Positions 55,340 through 64,000 of a stretch of 64,000 nt of DNA are shown one piece after another. The position numbers and the translations under genes are program-made. The notes below the pieces were generated by a model. That model saw only the letters and a program-made list of their open reading frames with translations. It had not been told where the DNA came from and did no database searches. Origin of the DNA: an uncultured delta proteobacterium (lineage in GTDB: Bacteria > Myxococcota_A > Polyangia > Fen-1088); contig CAWCMR010000025.1 in assembly GCA_963796685.1 (NCBI GenBank), forward strand, positions 1,504,001 to 1,568,000. The letters run 5' to 3'. Positions within the stretch are counted from its first letter, which is position 1, and each line of letters starts with the position of its first letter.

Positions 55340-56257
55340 CTACTTCACCAGTTGGACCTTAAAGTACACCGCCTTGGCAAGGATACCGGCGCCAACCCGA
55401 AGGGTAATTTGCTTCGGAGATTTTTCAAAGCTGTAGGTCAACTTGCATTTGAAGACGCCATTGGGCGGTAGCGTGCCGTCGCACTTCGACTTCATCAAAT
55501 CCAGCTCGCCCTGGTCGCCTTCCTCGGAAAGCGCCTCGAAGAATGCGAGCGACGAAATCGTCTCCTCCTTTTCGGCCTGATTCTGTACCAGCAAACCGAG
55601 GCTAGCCGTCTTGTTCTTGAGCGACGCTTCCTTGAGGGTCACCAACGTTTTCGCCCAGCGCTTCTGTGTACCGATTGGGTCGAATGCGGCTTGAACCGCT
55701 GGCGACACAGGCACAGAAGGCTCTTCGATGTGGGCCGTAGCCGTGCATGCCTTCACCGAGGAGAAGACGATCTCGTACACAGGCGCGGTAATGGCGCCCT
55801 TCTCCGTGAGGCTTCGTTCCCGCCCATTAACCTTTCCGGAAAAGAGGACACAGCCGCCTTCCTGGAGGCTGCTTGCGGCTTGGTAGACTTCACTACCGGA
55901 CTTGATCTTGTCGAATAGCCCATAGCCCTGTTCGAACGTGATCTTGCCAGCGCCCCGGCCGATTGCCACGCGCAGCTTCAGTTTCGTTCCACCGTGGTTG
56001 GTCTCCAGTCTATCGACCCAGCCCTCCCAGTTCGTCACACGATGTTGCAAATCGGCGAAGAAGCGGTCTTCGAATGCACGCGCCTCATTGAACACTTGGG
56101 ACTTCTTGATTTCATTTGGCGCTGCATTGTAGCTGTCCCTGAACTTCGCCATCTCGGACGCGAAGTCTTGTGGGCGGCCGGTTGATGGCTCAGGCGTGAC
56201 GGCGGCCGTGAAGAATGCCAGGAAGAACCCGGCCGCAGTCGATAAGGTTGTTTCCAT
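55340..56257 (-). CDS. Hypothetical secreted protein
   Basis: AGGAG RBS, signal peptide, beta-rich C-terminal domain. Confidence 0.65.
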   Translation of the reverse strand: METTLSTAAGFFLAFFTAAVTPEPSTGRPQDFASEMAKFRDSYNAAPNEIKKSQVFNEARAFEDRFFADLQHRVTNWEGWVDRLETNHGGTKLKLRVAIGRGAGKITFEQGYGLFDKIKSGSEVYQAASSLQEGGCVLFSGKVNGRERSLTEKGAITAPVYEIVFSSVKACTATAHIEEPSVPVSPAVQAAFDPIGTQKRWAKTLVTLKEASLKNKTASLGLLVQNQAEKEETISSLAFFEALSEEGDQGELDLMKSKCDGTLPPNGVFKCKLTYSFEKSPKQITLRVGAGILAKAVYFKVQLVK

Positions 56258-56270
56258 ATTGCCGCTCCTT

Positions 56271-57254
56271 CTAATGCCTGATGTTCTGCAGGAACTCCGG
56301 GTCGGCACGAACTCTGGCAATCCAGGCCCGATGCGCGGTTCCGAAGGATGGGATGGTCCTGACCGCGGCAGGATGAGCAAGAGGGAGCCACACGACAGAA
56401 CGACCGCCGAGACGTAGGCTCACGGCCTTTCCATAATCGTGACCCGCTGACAGGGCGGTAGGTGCAACCGAGCCGCCGTCCTTCGCCAGAAGCGTACGCA
56501 GCACACGAAGGGCGGCATTCCCCAAGGTTACGATGACCTTGGGCTGAGCCTTCTCGAGCTCAGCCATCAACCGACGGCGCTGCGGTTGTTCCAGACCTTC
56601 TTGCACGATCGCATCCTCAGAAGGGTGGTGGGCAAGGGCTGCTGGCGGCGCCTTCGCGGCTGTAGCAAAGTGAGCGTAGGTATCTGCGATACGTTCTTCA
56701 GCACCCTCGCTGGCACGGTAGGTGTCCAGCACATCGGTGATCCAGACATCGCTGCGGACAACCCCCAGCGGTGCTAGGAAATCGTGTGCTAGCTCGACTC
56801 CCGAGGAGCCGTTCAGTTTGCCGGTTGGCTCGACCCTGCCCCATTGGTTCTCATCGAACCTGACCTTGCGCTTCCACTCAGCGACTACTGCTACTTCGTC
56901 CGATCCCTCCCAAAAGGGCTCAGGTTCATTGTCCACGGGGAGCGCGCGCACGGTCTTGCCTGGCCTCGGCGGCGTCCATTGAACGTGAACGGCACTTGGG
57001 TAGGCACCTAGCACGAAGAGCAAACGAGGCGTGGATACAGATGGCGGCCGCCGAAGAACATGCGCTCCGAAGGGAAACCTATATTCCGGGAAATGGTCAC
57101 CGGTGGTGTCCGTCGAACTGGCGGCGATTCGGGTTGAGTTCATTCGCTCTGCTCCACCGTCTCCTGCCAAAGTCAGTTTGCCCGCGACCAGAACTGTCAG
57201 CGCTGCGCCCAGCGAGCAAAGCGTACTGCCAGTATGGGGCACAGACAGCATCAT
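56271..57254 (-). CDS. Uracil-DNA glycosylase superfamily protein (cassette; start uncertain)
   Basis: LFVLGAYP, WITD, IVTLGNAA, PLAHPA. Confidence 0.7.
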   Translation of the reverse strand: MMLSVPHTGSTLCSLGAALTVLVAGKLTLAGDGGAERMNSTRIAASSTDTTGDHFPEYRFPFGAHVLRRPPSVSTPRLLFVLGAYPSAVHVQWTPPRPGKTVRALPVDNEPEPFWEGSDEVAVVAEWKRKVRFDENQWGRVEPTGKLNGSSGVELAHDFLAPLGVVRSDVWITDVLDTYRASEGAEERIADTYAHFATAAKAPPAALAHHPSEDAIVQEGLEQPQRRRLMAELEKAQPKVIVTLGNAALRVLRTLLAKDGGSVAPTALSAGHDYGKAVSLRLGGRSVVWLPLAHPAAVRTIPSFGTAHRAWIARVRADPEFLQNIRH

Positions 57255-57291
57255 CTCACTTTTTCGAACGCAAATACATCGAGGATTGTCC

Positions 57292-57459
57292 GTCGAACGG
57301 TTTGCCGTTCAGCGGCGAGGGCCGTAGGTGAAGGTCGATAGTAGCACTGCCGGGGCCGCGCGGCGGCCTTCCGATCATCGGATGAGCCGCGCGGCCCCGG
57401 CTCGTAGGACATCGACCGAGAGTTGACAGGCCCTCGTCCGCTGCAACGGCATGTTGGAC
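57292..57459 (-). other. Long attC site (168 bp)
   Basis: GTCCAAC...GTTCGAC with internal GC hairpin; near copy at 54110-54268. Confidence 0.75.
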
Positions 57460-57823
57460 ATCGGGACCGCGCACCTGGCCTTCGCGGCCCTTCGAGGCCC
57501 AGGCTGAGTCTTGCGTCCTCGCGATTTTCGGAAGACTCCGATGGTGTTTGTCGTGAGGTCGGGATCGCGGCGCTGACTGCGTGCGAGGACGGGTCGCTGC
57601 CGTCTCGCTGAGCGTGTTCCCGAGATCAGCCGCCCGAGAAGAGATGCCGGCGCCGAGGCCGAGCTGGCCGTGTTCGCGGCAACTGCATGCACCACCGCGA
57701 CGGTCGTGATCAAGCCGGTCGCCGCAGTCATCGACATCGTCGCCAGTAACATCGCATCGCCGACCAAGAGCTGCCGTTTCGTGGCCGCCAGAACTCCTTC
57801 GCCCGCCTCAAGCGGTCCTGCAT

Positions 57824-57894
57824 GTCCAACGCCTTGCCGTTCAGCTGCGGGCGGCCGTCTGCGGCCGACCGTCAGCTGCAACGGCTTGTTGGGC
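57824..57894 (-). other. attC site (71 bp class)
   Basis: GCCCAAC...GTTGGAC. Confidence 0.85.
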
Positions 57895-57897
57895 AGC

Positions 57898-58974
57898 CTA
57901 TTTGTGGAAGTGAGTCTTCACGGCAGCCAATACTTCATCTGCACTCGGCTGCTCACCCCCATGTTTTGCGAACAGAAGGTCCAAAGCCGCGATGTAAGCT
58001 TCCCCGAGAGCCGTCGTCAATGCAGAAGCAGTCGCCGCGCTTATCACACCGCCCAACGCGGTGCCGGCCCCCGGGATCAGCTTGAGCAGGCCGGCGACGA
58101 TAGCTCTTCCACCAAGTGTTGCGGCACCGCTGCCCACAGTGGCGCCAAGTAAGGTACTCAGAAATCCGTCGGAAAAATCGAGGCCGTAGGTGGCAGTTAT
58201 CCCGGCGAGCATACCAATCTGAATCGGGACAAGCGCGAGCGCGTCGGCGAACGGCAGCGGGATAAAGGCCACGCCAGTTGCTGCTACCACAGCTCCGGCC
58301 ACAATGAATTGAGACTTCTTGCGCTTGAGCGCTAGATCAGCCTTCTGAGCGGCAACGAAGGCCCGCCTTTGTCCCTCCGGGATTAGGTCCACCGTGGCGC
58401 GGACGAGTTCAACTAGACCCATCGGCGGAAGGCTGTGACCATCGTCAAGCTGTTCTGCGATGGAGCGAACACGAAGCGTATTTGTGGTGCGCGGAAGAAG
58501 GCGCTGAACCTCAGCGCGAAAGCCGTTGTCGGCCCGAGCCTTGGTGATCACCCCCAGCACTGGCATGAAGTCTGCCAGCATTTCAACCAAGGCTGACTCG
58601 GCATTCTCCACTCGGCGGAGATCCTCGGCGATGCAGACCCAGGCAACGTGAATGTGTCGGCGCGGATCGTGTTCCGCACGACGCTCGGCAAGGAAGGACT
58701 TTAGGTTGGCGATAGTCGCGGCGAACTCGGCCATCTCCAGCCCACGAGTATCGAAGATGGTAAGAGGTGTCCCGGGCTTGTTGATTTCCCTCGTCCCAGT
58801 CGTCACCGGACGACCCTGCCCAGTTGTGGCGAATTCTCCCTGGAACACACTGTTGACGAGTGTGCTCTTACCCACACCTGTCCGCCCAGCAAGGAGGATG
58901 TTCGCATGGCCGCGCTCGCGCATGGCTTCTTCAAATGCCTTTCGCACTTCTTCGCCGATGTTGATGTCGCCCAT
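57898..58974 (-). CDS. P-loop GTPase with DUF697/YcjF-like membrane domain (cassette)
   Basis: GRTGVGKS, DTRG, TKAR, IPLPFADALALVPIQ. Confidence 0.85.
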   Translation of the reverse strand: MGDINIGEEVRKAFEEAMRERGHANILLAGRTGVGKSTLVNSVFQGEFATTGQGRPVTTGTREINKPGTPLTIFDTRGLEMAEFAATIANLKSFLAERRAEHDPRRHIHVAWVCIAEDLRRVENAESALVEMLADFMPVLGVITKARADNGFRAEVQRLLPRTTNTLRVRSIAEQLDDGHSLPPMGLVELVRATVDLIPEGQRRAFVAAQKADLALKRKKSQFIVAGAVVAATGVAFIPLPFADALALVPIQIGMLAGITATYGLDFSDGFLSTLLGATVGSGAATLGGRAIVAGLLKLIPGAGTALGGVISAATASALTTALGEAYIAALDLLFAKHGGEQPSADEVLAAVKTHFHK

Positions 58975-59066
58975 CGTTCTCCTGTTCTAGCTGCTGTTCG
59001 CTCCTACACATTAGCGGAATTGCTCTGTTTGCGCCACCAAGTCAAGATGCGCTGGCGCGGCGGTCT

Positions 59067-59137
59067 GCCCAACGCGCTGGCGTTAACCCGCGGGCGGCCG
59101 TCTGCGGCCGACCGTCGGGTTCAACGCCTTGTTGGGC
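59067..59137 (-). other. attC site (71 bp class)
   Basis: GCCCAAC...GTTGGGC. Confidence 0.85.
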
Positions 59138-59172
59138 GGCCGGCCGTCAATCATCTACCAGTTCGTCGGTAA

Positions 59173-60500
59173 GGTCTCGCGCGTAAATAAAAGAGCGCAT
59201 ATAGGGAAGATTGCGTATACTGTGCACTCAAAGGGAAGAGTGTCGCAATATGGACGAAGTGGAACGGGTTCGGAAGCTCTTTTGTGATCTGACGCCCATT
59301 TTGAATGAGCGCCAGATTCGACTGTGGGCCGCAGCGGAAGCAGAATCACTGGGTCGCGGCGGCGTCACCATCGTCACTCGCGCGACCGGCCTGCGCCACA
59401 AGAGAATCGTTGCAGGGAAAAGAGATTTGCAGGTGCAGCGGGAGACGCCGCCCTTGGAAGCACCGTGCGAACAGAGGGTGCGCCGCCCCGGTGCTGGGCG
59501 CAAACGTATTGAGGATCAGGACCCAGAACTGGTCAAAGCCCTTGAACGTCTGATCGACCCCGCTACACGAGGAGATCCGGAATCGCCGCTTCGTTGGACA
59601 AGCAAAGGCACGCGGCGCCTCGCTGAAGAACTGACAATACAGGGGCACCCGGTCAGCGCAACCAAGGTGCGAGAGCTACTGGTGGACCTGGACTACAGTC
59701 TGCAAGCAAACCACAAGACCAGAGAGGGCAAGCAGGATCCGGACCGAGATGCCCAGTTCGAGTACATCAACCGCCGGGCGAAGGAGTTCCAGTCGAAGGG
59801 GCTGCCTGTAATCTCTGTCGACACCAAAAAGAAGGAGAACCTGGGCGATTTCAAGAACGGAGGCCGCGAATGGGAGCCGAAGGGTTCGCCGGTTCCCGTC
59901 CGGGTTCATGACTTCATTGACAAGGAACTCGGCAAGGCGATTCCGTATGGCGTGTACGACCTCGCAAGGAACGAGGGTTGGGTGAGCGTGGGGATTGACC
60001 ACGACACCGCCGAGTTTGCAGTGGAAACCATCCGTCGTTGGTGGAAGAGGATGGGCAAGGCAGTGTATCCGGAAGCGGAGGAGCTGCTCATCACTGCGGA
60101 CGGAGGTGGCAGCAACGGGGCACGAGTGCGTCTTTGGAAGACAGAACTTCAGGAATTCGCGGACGAGAGCGGATTGCGGATACAAGTAGCGCACTACCCG
60201 CCTGGGACGAGCAAGTGGAACAAGATCGAACACCGGATGTTCTGCCACATCACCGCGAACTGGAGGGGGAGGCCGCTTGAGACTCTCGAAACCGTCGTCA
60301 ATCTGATTGGAGCCACAACGACAAAGCGGGGCCTCCACATCCGCGCCGCCGCCGACCGGAACTCGTACAAAAAGGGAATCAAGGTCGCACACGAGGAGAT
60401 GGAAGCCGTCAATCTTCGCCCCGCCCGTTTCAGAGGTGACTGGAACTACACAGTCACGCCGCAATCAGACTAATGCGATCAGTTATTTTCGCGCGAGACC
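59173..60500 (+). mobile_element. ISAzo13 family insertion sequence
   Basis: TIR GGTCTCGCGCG(T/A)AAATAA; 3-bp TSD TAA. Confidence 0.92.
59250..60473 (+). CDS. ISAzo13 transposase
   Basis: RGDPESPLRWTSK, ISVDTKKKE, TADGGGSN, PPGTSKWNKIEHR. Confidence 0.95.
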   Translation: MDEVERVRKLFCDLTPILNERQIRLWAAAEAESLGRGGVTIVTRATGLRHKRIVAGKRDLQVQRETPPLEAPCEQRVRRPGAGRKRIEDQDPELVKALERLIDPATRGDPESPLRWTSKGTRRLAEELTIQGHPVSATKVRELLVDLDYSLQANHKTREGKQDPDRDAQFEYINRRAKEFQSKGLPVISVDTKKKENLGDFKNGGREWEPKGSPVPVRVHDFIDKELGKAIPYGVYDLARNEGWVSVGIDHDTAEFAVETIRRWWKRMGKAVYPEAEELLITADGGGSNGARVRLWKTELQEFADESGLRIQVAHYPPGTSKWNKIEHRMFCHITANWRGRPLETLETVVNLIGATTTKRGLHIRAAADRNSYKKGIKVAHEEMEAVNLRPARFRGDWNYTVTPQSD

Positions 60501-61251
60501 TAAGGATGAAATGGAACCATCCCCGCGGGTCCGAATGGTTCGCGGTCAGCTTCCCGATTCTTGCGGCGACTCGGTCACAGCGACCCATTGCGAAGTTGCC
60601 GACGTATTCCGTTGTTCCACGATCTGCGGCTGCATAGAGGAGCTGGTAGGTCGGCGGCAAGATGAAGTCGTCGATGATTGGTTCCTTGCGTGCGTTGATG
60701 GCCGGAAGCTTGCCTAGATCCGAATCGACAAATACGGCCACGCGTCCCCCGAACTCGGGAGAAGTGGTGATCATCTGGATCGCGGCGCGCCATCCATGCC
60801 TTTCCGGAGACGGACGTGCCGAGCACCAAACTATCGCCGGCAGGAAGGCAATCGCGAAGGTTCGAGTGGTCCCTTCCCCGAAAGTTAGGTTGCTAATCCG
60901 CGCAGCGACAGTTACGGATCGCCCGGCTTCGGGATCGGTGTTCGTGTCGACCGCAAACACGTGATCGAATTCAAGGAGCCGACGATCGGGATCAGTCTCA
61001 ATCTGGCTTCGTGCCTCGCTGAGGTTGAGAAACTTCGGGCCGTTGTCGCTGCGCGAGTACGAAACCCCACTCTGCAGAATTCCCTCGGCAATCTGCCGTC
61101 CCTTTCCATCCAGAAGCGGGACTACGCCATTGACGGGGACACCAAGAACCAGCGTTGTGTCCTCTTTGAGTGAGTCAGGGTTTAGGACGAGCGTGGGGAT
61201 TCTGGGCTTACGCTCATCCGCTGTGCCGGCGTTCGGTTTTCGCTTGGTCAT
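60454..61251 (-). CDS. Hypothetical protein (cassette); last 7 codons displaced by ISAzo13
   Basis: Frame continues TDELVDD* at 59147-59169. Confidence 0.7.
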   Translation of the reverse strand: MTKRKPNAGTADERKPRIPTLVLNPDSLKEDTTLVLGVPVNGVVPLLDGKGRQIAEGILQSGVSYSRSDNGPKFLNLSEARSQIETDPDRRLLEFDHVFAVDTNTDPEAGRSVTVAARISNLTFGEGTTRTFAIAFLPAIVWCSARPSPERHGWRAAIQMITTSPEFGGRVAVFVDSDLGKLPAINARKEPIIDDFILPPTYQLLYAAADRGTTEYVGNFAMGRCDRVAARIGKLTANHSDPRGWFHFILRSRAKITDRISLIAA

Positions 61252-61306
61252 GATGCTTGATATTGTAGGTCGGGAGGCCTCTTCGGCATTTCGGATGATG
61301 TTGTCC

Positions 61307-61377
61307 GCCCAACGCCTTGGCGTTCACCCGCGAGCGGCCGTCCGCGGCCGATCGTCGGGTGCAACGCCTTGTTCGGC
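61307..61377 (-). other. attC site (71 bp class)
   Basis: GCCGAAC...GTTGGGC; near-identical to 53588-53658. Confidence 0.85.
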
Positions 61378-61387
61378 AGCCGACACG

Positions 61388-62189
61388 CTACTTCAACTCT
61401 TCAATCTTGCCTCTCAAGTGCTCCTCGTTCGGTCGATTCAAGGGTTGCGGGTAGAACCACGTGTCGGCAGGGAAGTGCCGAGCGTTGGCCTTGCAGTACC
61501 GCAGTCCATCATCGCTAAGAAGCACCTGGCCGTCAGGGGATTGCGCGATCAGCCCATCGCGAAGCAGCGATGCAGCCGCTTCCGAGAAGACAGACTGCCT
61601 CAGCAGGCGGACCATCGACCCGAAAGGTCCATCTCGAATTCAGGTTTGGGTATCGTTCGACCTGGAAGTGCCAGAGGGTATTTAGGAGCTTCAGCTCGGC
61701 AGCGGAGCGCGGAGCAGCGGCCGGTTGGGATGGGAGTCCTGAAGCGGTCTTGGCACCAGCCACGGGCGGAGCTGTGACGGGTGGCACGGCACCGCCCATG
61801 GGTGGCGGCGTTGGGGGCGCCTTCGTGGGGTCCCACGCGCCCTGCTGAACGACGACGGTCGCCCGAGCCGTTGACGTTGCGGACAGTCCTGTAACAACCA
61901 TGGTTGTCACTTGGCGCACGTCATCCCGCACTTCGCGGACCGTTTCTTTTGCCCTCTCAACCTCACGCTCGAGTTCCAGCAACTTTCCGATCTTCACGGA
62001 GCGAACAAAGGGCAGCAGGAAGAATCCAACGCTCATCCATAAAAAGGTTCCATCCAGGACAGAGGTCGGTGGCACCACGACTGTCCCCTTGTGCAGCCAG
62101 TACAAGACAAAGCTGCCAACGGCCGGCGGCCACAACACTGCGCGGAGTAGCCAAGGCGACTGCACCTTCTGCTCTTTACTCGTATCCAT
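61388..62189 (-). CDS. Hypothetical membrane protein (cassette), probable frameshift near 61600
   Basis: GGAGGA RBS, two TM segments plus coiled coil; second frame 61388-61615 ends at the attC. Confidence 0.6.
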
Positions 62190-62224
62190 GGTTCCTCCTG
62201 TCTGAGCCTTCTACCTGCTGGTCT

Positions 62225-62328
62225 GCCGAACTCCTTGCCGTTCAGCGGTGTGGGCGCCGCCAAGCTGGCGCCGCGATTCTACACGATGTCCCCGCGGCGA
62301 CCACATCCGCTGCAACGGCTTGTTCGAC
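62225..62328 (-). other. attC site
   Basis: GTCGAAC...GTTCGGC; similar to 54288-54392. Confidence 0.85.
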
Positions 62329-62423
62329 AGCACACCTCTCCTCGACGAGCGTTCCTCACGGTTCGTCCACAATCAGCGATATCGGTCCTTCTACAACGCC
62401 GATTGATGGGCTAGGGTCGTGTC

Positions 62424-62903
62424 ATGGAAATTACAATCGCTGGCTTTCAAGCCACACTTGCGCGCCTGCTGGCGCTGTTCGAGTCCGTGCCCGAGTCGCT
62501 GGTCGACCTCAAGCCTTCCGCCGAGGACTGGAGTATCAAGCAGATCGCCTGCCATCTCGTTGATTCGGCCAGCAACAACCACCAGCGCTTCACGCACCTG
62601 CAGCGCACCCAGCGTCTGGTTTTCCCTCCCTACGAGGCGGAGCCTTGGGTCGCCATCGAAAAGCCCGAGGGCCTGGCTTGGAAGACCATGCTCGACCTCC
62701 TGCGGTCCTACAACGCCTTTGTGCTGCACCTGGTTTCCAACTTGGATCCCGCGCGCCTTGGCAACGTCTGGATCGTCGGTGACAAGGAACTGAGCCTGGA
62801 GTACCTGGCGCACGACTATTACCGCCACCTCGACTGGCACATCAGCCACCTGGAAGCGAGAATCCGCCAGGTAAGAGCGACGCAGACACCCGGCGGCCGC
62901 TGA
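62424..62903 (+). CDS. DinB family protein (inverted within its cassette)
   Basis: WSIKQIACHLVDSASNNHQRF, DYYRHLDWH. Confidence 0.85.
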   Translation: MEITIAGFQATLARLLALFESVPESLVDLKPSAEDWSIKQIACHLVDSASNNHQRFTHLQRTQRLVFPPYEAEPWVAIEKPEGLAWKTMLDLLRSYNAFVLHLVSNLDPARLGNVWIVGDKELSLEYLAHDYYRHLDWHISHLEARIRQVRATQTPGGR

Positions 62904-62960
62904 TGTTTGCTAGAGCTGCCGGGAGCCAAGCCAGACCTCTACCCACCCGGATGCGTGACT

Positions 62961-63065
62961 GTCGAACGCCTTGCCGTTCAGCAGCAAGCCCGCCGCCGAG
63001 CCGGCGTCTCGATTCTATACCGATGTCCCTGCGGCGGGATTGTCTGCTGCAACGGCATGTTCGAC
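62961..63065 (-). other. attC site
   Basis: GTCGAAC...GTTCGAC. Confidence 0.85.
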
Positions 63066-63109
63066 GGCGCGAGTTCAGTCGGAACGCGCCTTCAAGACCT
63101 CCTGTCGGG

Positions 63110-63541
63110 CTAATGAAGCCGGCCGTTGAGATCTATCCGGCATTCCGTCGTACAACAGACCAGACCGAAAACGTCGTCCGGCGCCGTGCACTGCTCGTTG
63201 AGCTTAACGCCGTTCAGCTGTCCGAGATCACATTCCTCTTCGCCTGACAAGGTTCCATCGCCACAGAGAGGCAACCCACCCTGAGCATCCAATCCTCCGT
63301 CCACGCTCGAAACTGGCATGCAGGTTTCCGCTGAGCAGTCCCATCCTGGTCCTGTCTGGTTCTTGATCGAGTAGGCGTCACTTTCTACCCTATTGCCATC
63401 TTCCGCCCCGCCCTCCTGCTCGCCCGAGTCAGGAGGAACCTTCGGGCTTCTATGACCGCAAGCGGCAAGGAGTGCACACAGAAGGATGCCGAGAGAGGGA
63501 GCGAGGGTGCGACTTTCTGCCTGGGAACGTTGGGAGATCAT
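63110..63541 (-). CDS. Lipoprotein with myxobacterial Cys-rich repeat (first cassette)
   Basis: Lipobox LAAC; CGDGTLSGEEECDLG. Confidence 0.7.
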   Translation of the reverse strand: MISQRSQAESRTLAPSLGILLCALLAACGHRSPKVPPDSGEQEGGAEDGNRVESDAYSIKNQTGPGWDCSAETCMPVSSVDGGLDAQGGLPLCGDGTLSGEEECDLGQLNGVKLNEQCTAPDDVFGLVCCTTECRIDLNGRLH

Positions 63542-63842
63542 CCCTATTTTTCCTTTCGATCGGTTTTCGTCCGTCGAACGCCTATTCTACACCGAAAGAT
63601 ATCCGATATTTTTTCGATGCTCTCGGGCTCTGGTGGCGGAGGGCAGGCCACGGGCTCTCCTGATTTCAGGGTGTTGGCCAGCGGGGCTGGCCAGCGCGGG
63701 GTGGCAGTGGAGATCAGAACGGTCGGAATAAAATAGGATGGCAGGCGAATAAACCGATAAGGCTTCGCGCCGTGGGGGACCGGTCAGGGGCCCTGGGGAC
63801 TGCGGAGGCCGCCAGGGCCGCGGGGTCGAGAGCGTGGATGGA

Positions 63843-64000
63843 CTACTTGGCCTTGCCCTGGTTGGCGACCGCGTTCATGGCGGCGGCGATGGCGGCCTGG
63901 TCGCCGAGGTAGTAGTGCTTGATGGGCTTGAGGCTGGCGTCGAGCTCGTAGACCAGCGGGATGCCGGTGGGGATGTTCAGCTCGACGATCTCCTTTTCAG
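63843..64000 (-). CDS. gpmA: 2,3-bisphosphoglycerate-dependent phosphoglycerate mutase, 3' end
   Basis: [29 protein letters not shown]. Confidence 0.93.
   Translation of the reverse strand, partial: EKEIVELNIPTGIPLVYELDASLKPIKHYYLGDQAAIAAAMNAVANQGKAK

Larger units (their letters stand above)
44536..63579 (-). mobile_element. Integron cassette array without an adjacent integrase (CALIN-like)
   Basis: Recurring imperfect palindromes with ..AAC / GTT.. ends and internal TGCAAC / GTTCA boxes separate mostly single minus-strand ORFs; degenerate sites at 44536-44590, ~44596-44664, ~47310-47356, 52534-52552, 53193-53250, 54110-54268. Confidence 0.9.

Noticed and set aside
57460-57823. Gene in the cassette between two attC sites
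   Set aside because: No convincing ORF; the listed one starts and ends inside attC sites. Possibly noncoding or decayed.
63580-63842. Integron integrase upstream of the array
   Set aside because: Only about 260 bp before gpmA and no tyrosine recombinase motifs in any listed ORF.

Overview
GC-rich bacterial window. The gene content (Ser/Thr kinase, Cys-rich lipoproteins, AgmX-like domain) suggests Myxococcota; this is an inference. Bases 1-36 kb hold mostly housekeeping and envelope genes: recC 5' end, slyD, mltG, ruvX, MarR-leuCD, a lone pfaD, manC/manB-like pair, pilD, rsfS, rlmH. Several carry single-base frameshifts. Bases 36-41.5 kb are nested mobile DNA. A 10-unit 186-bp REP-like tandem array carries a complete IS621-like IS110 element whose bridge RNA guides can be read from the sequence and match both the array and the element's own ends. 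Next comes a transposase-less copy of the same IS110 left end, interrupted by a full group IIC intron. Bases 44.5-63.6 kb are a minus-strand integron cassette array: 14 well-formed and about 6 degenerate attC sites, no integrase in the window, three toxin-antitoxin modules, ISL3 and ISAzo13 insertions with TIRs and TSDs, a second intron remnant and many unknown ORFs. The window ends in the gpmA 3' end. All calls come from reading the sequence by eye; no searches were run.
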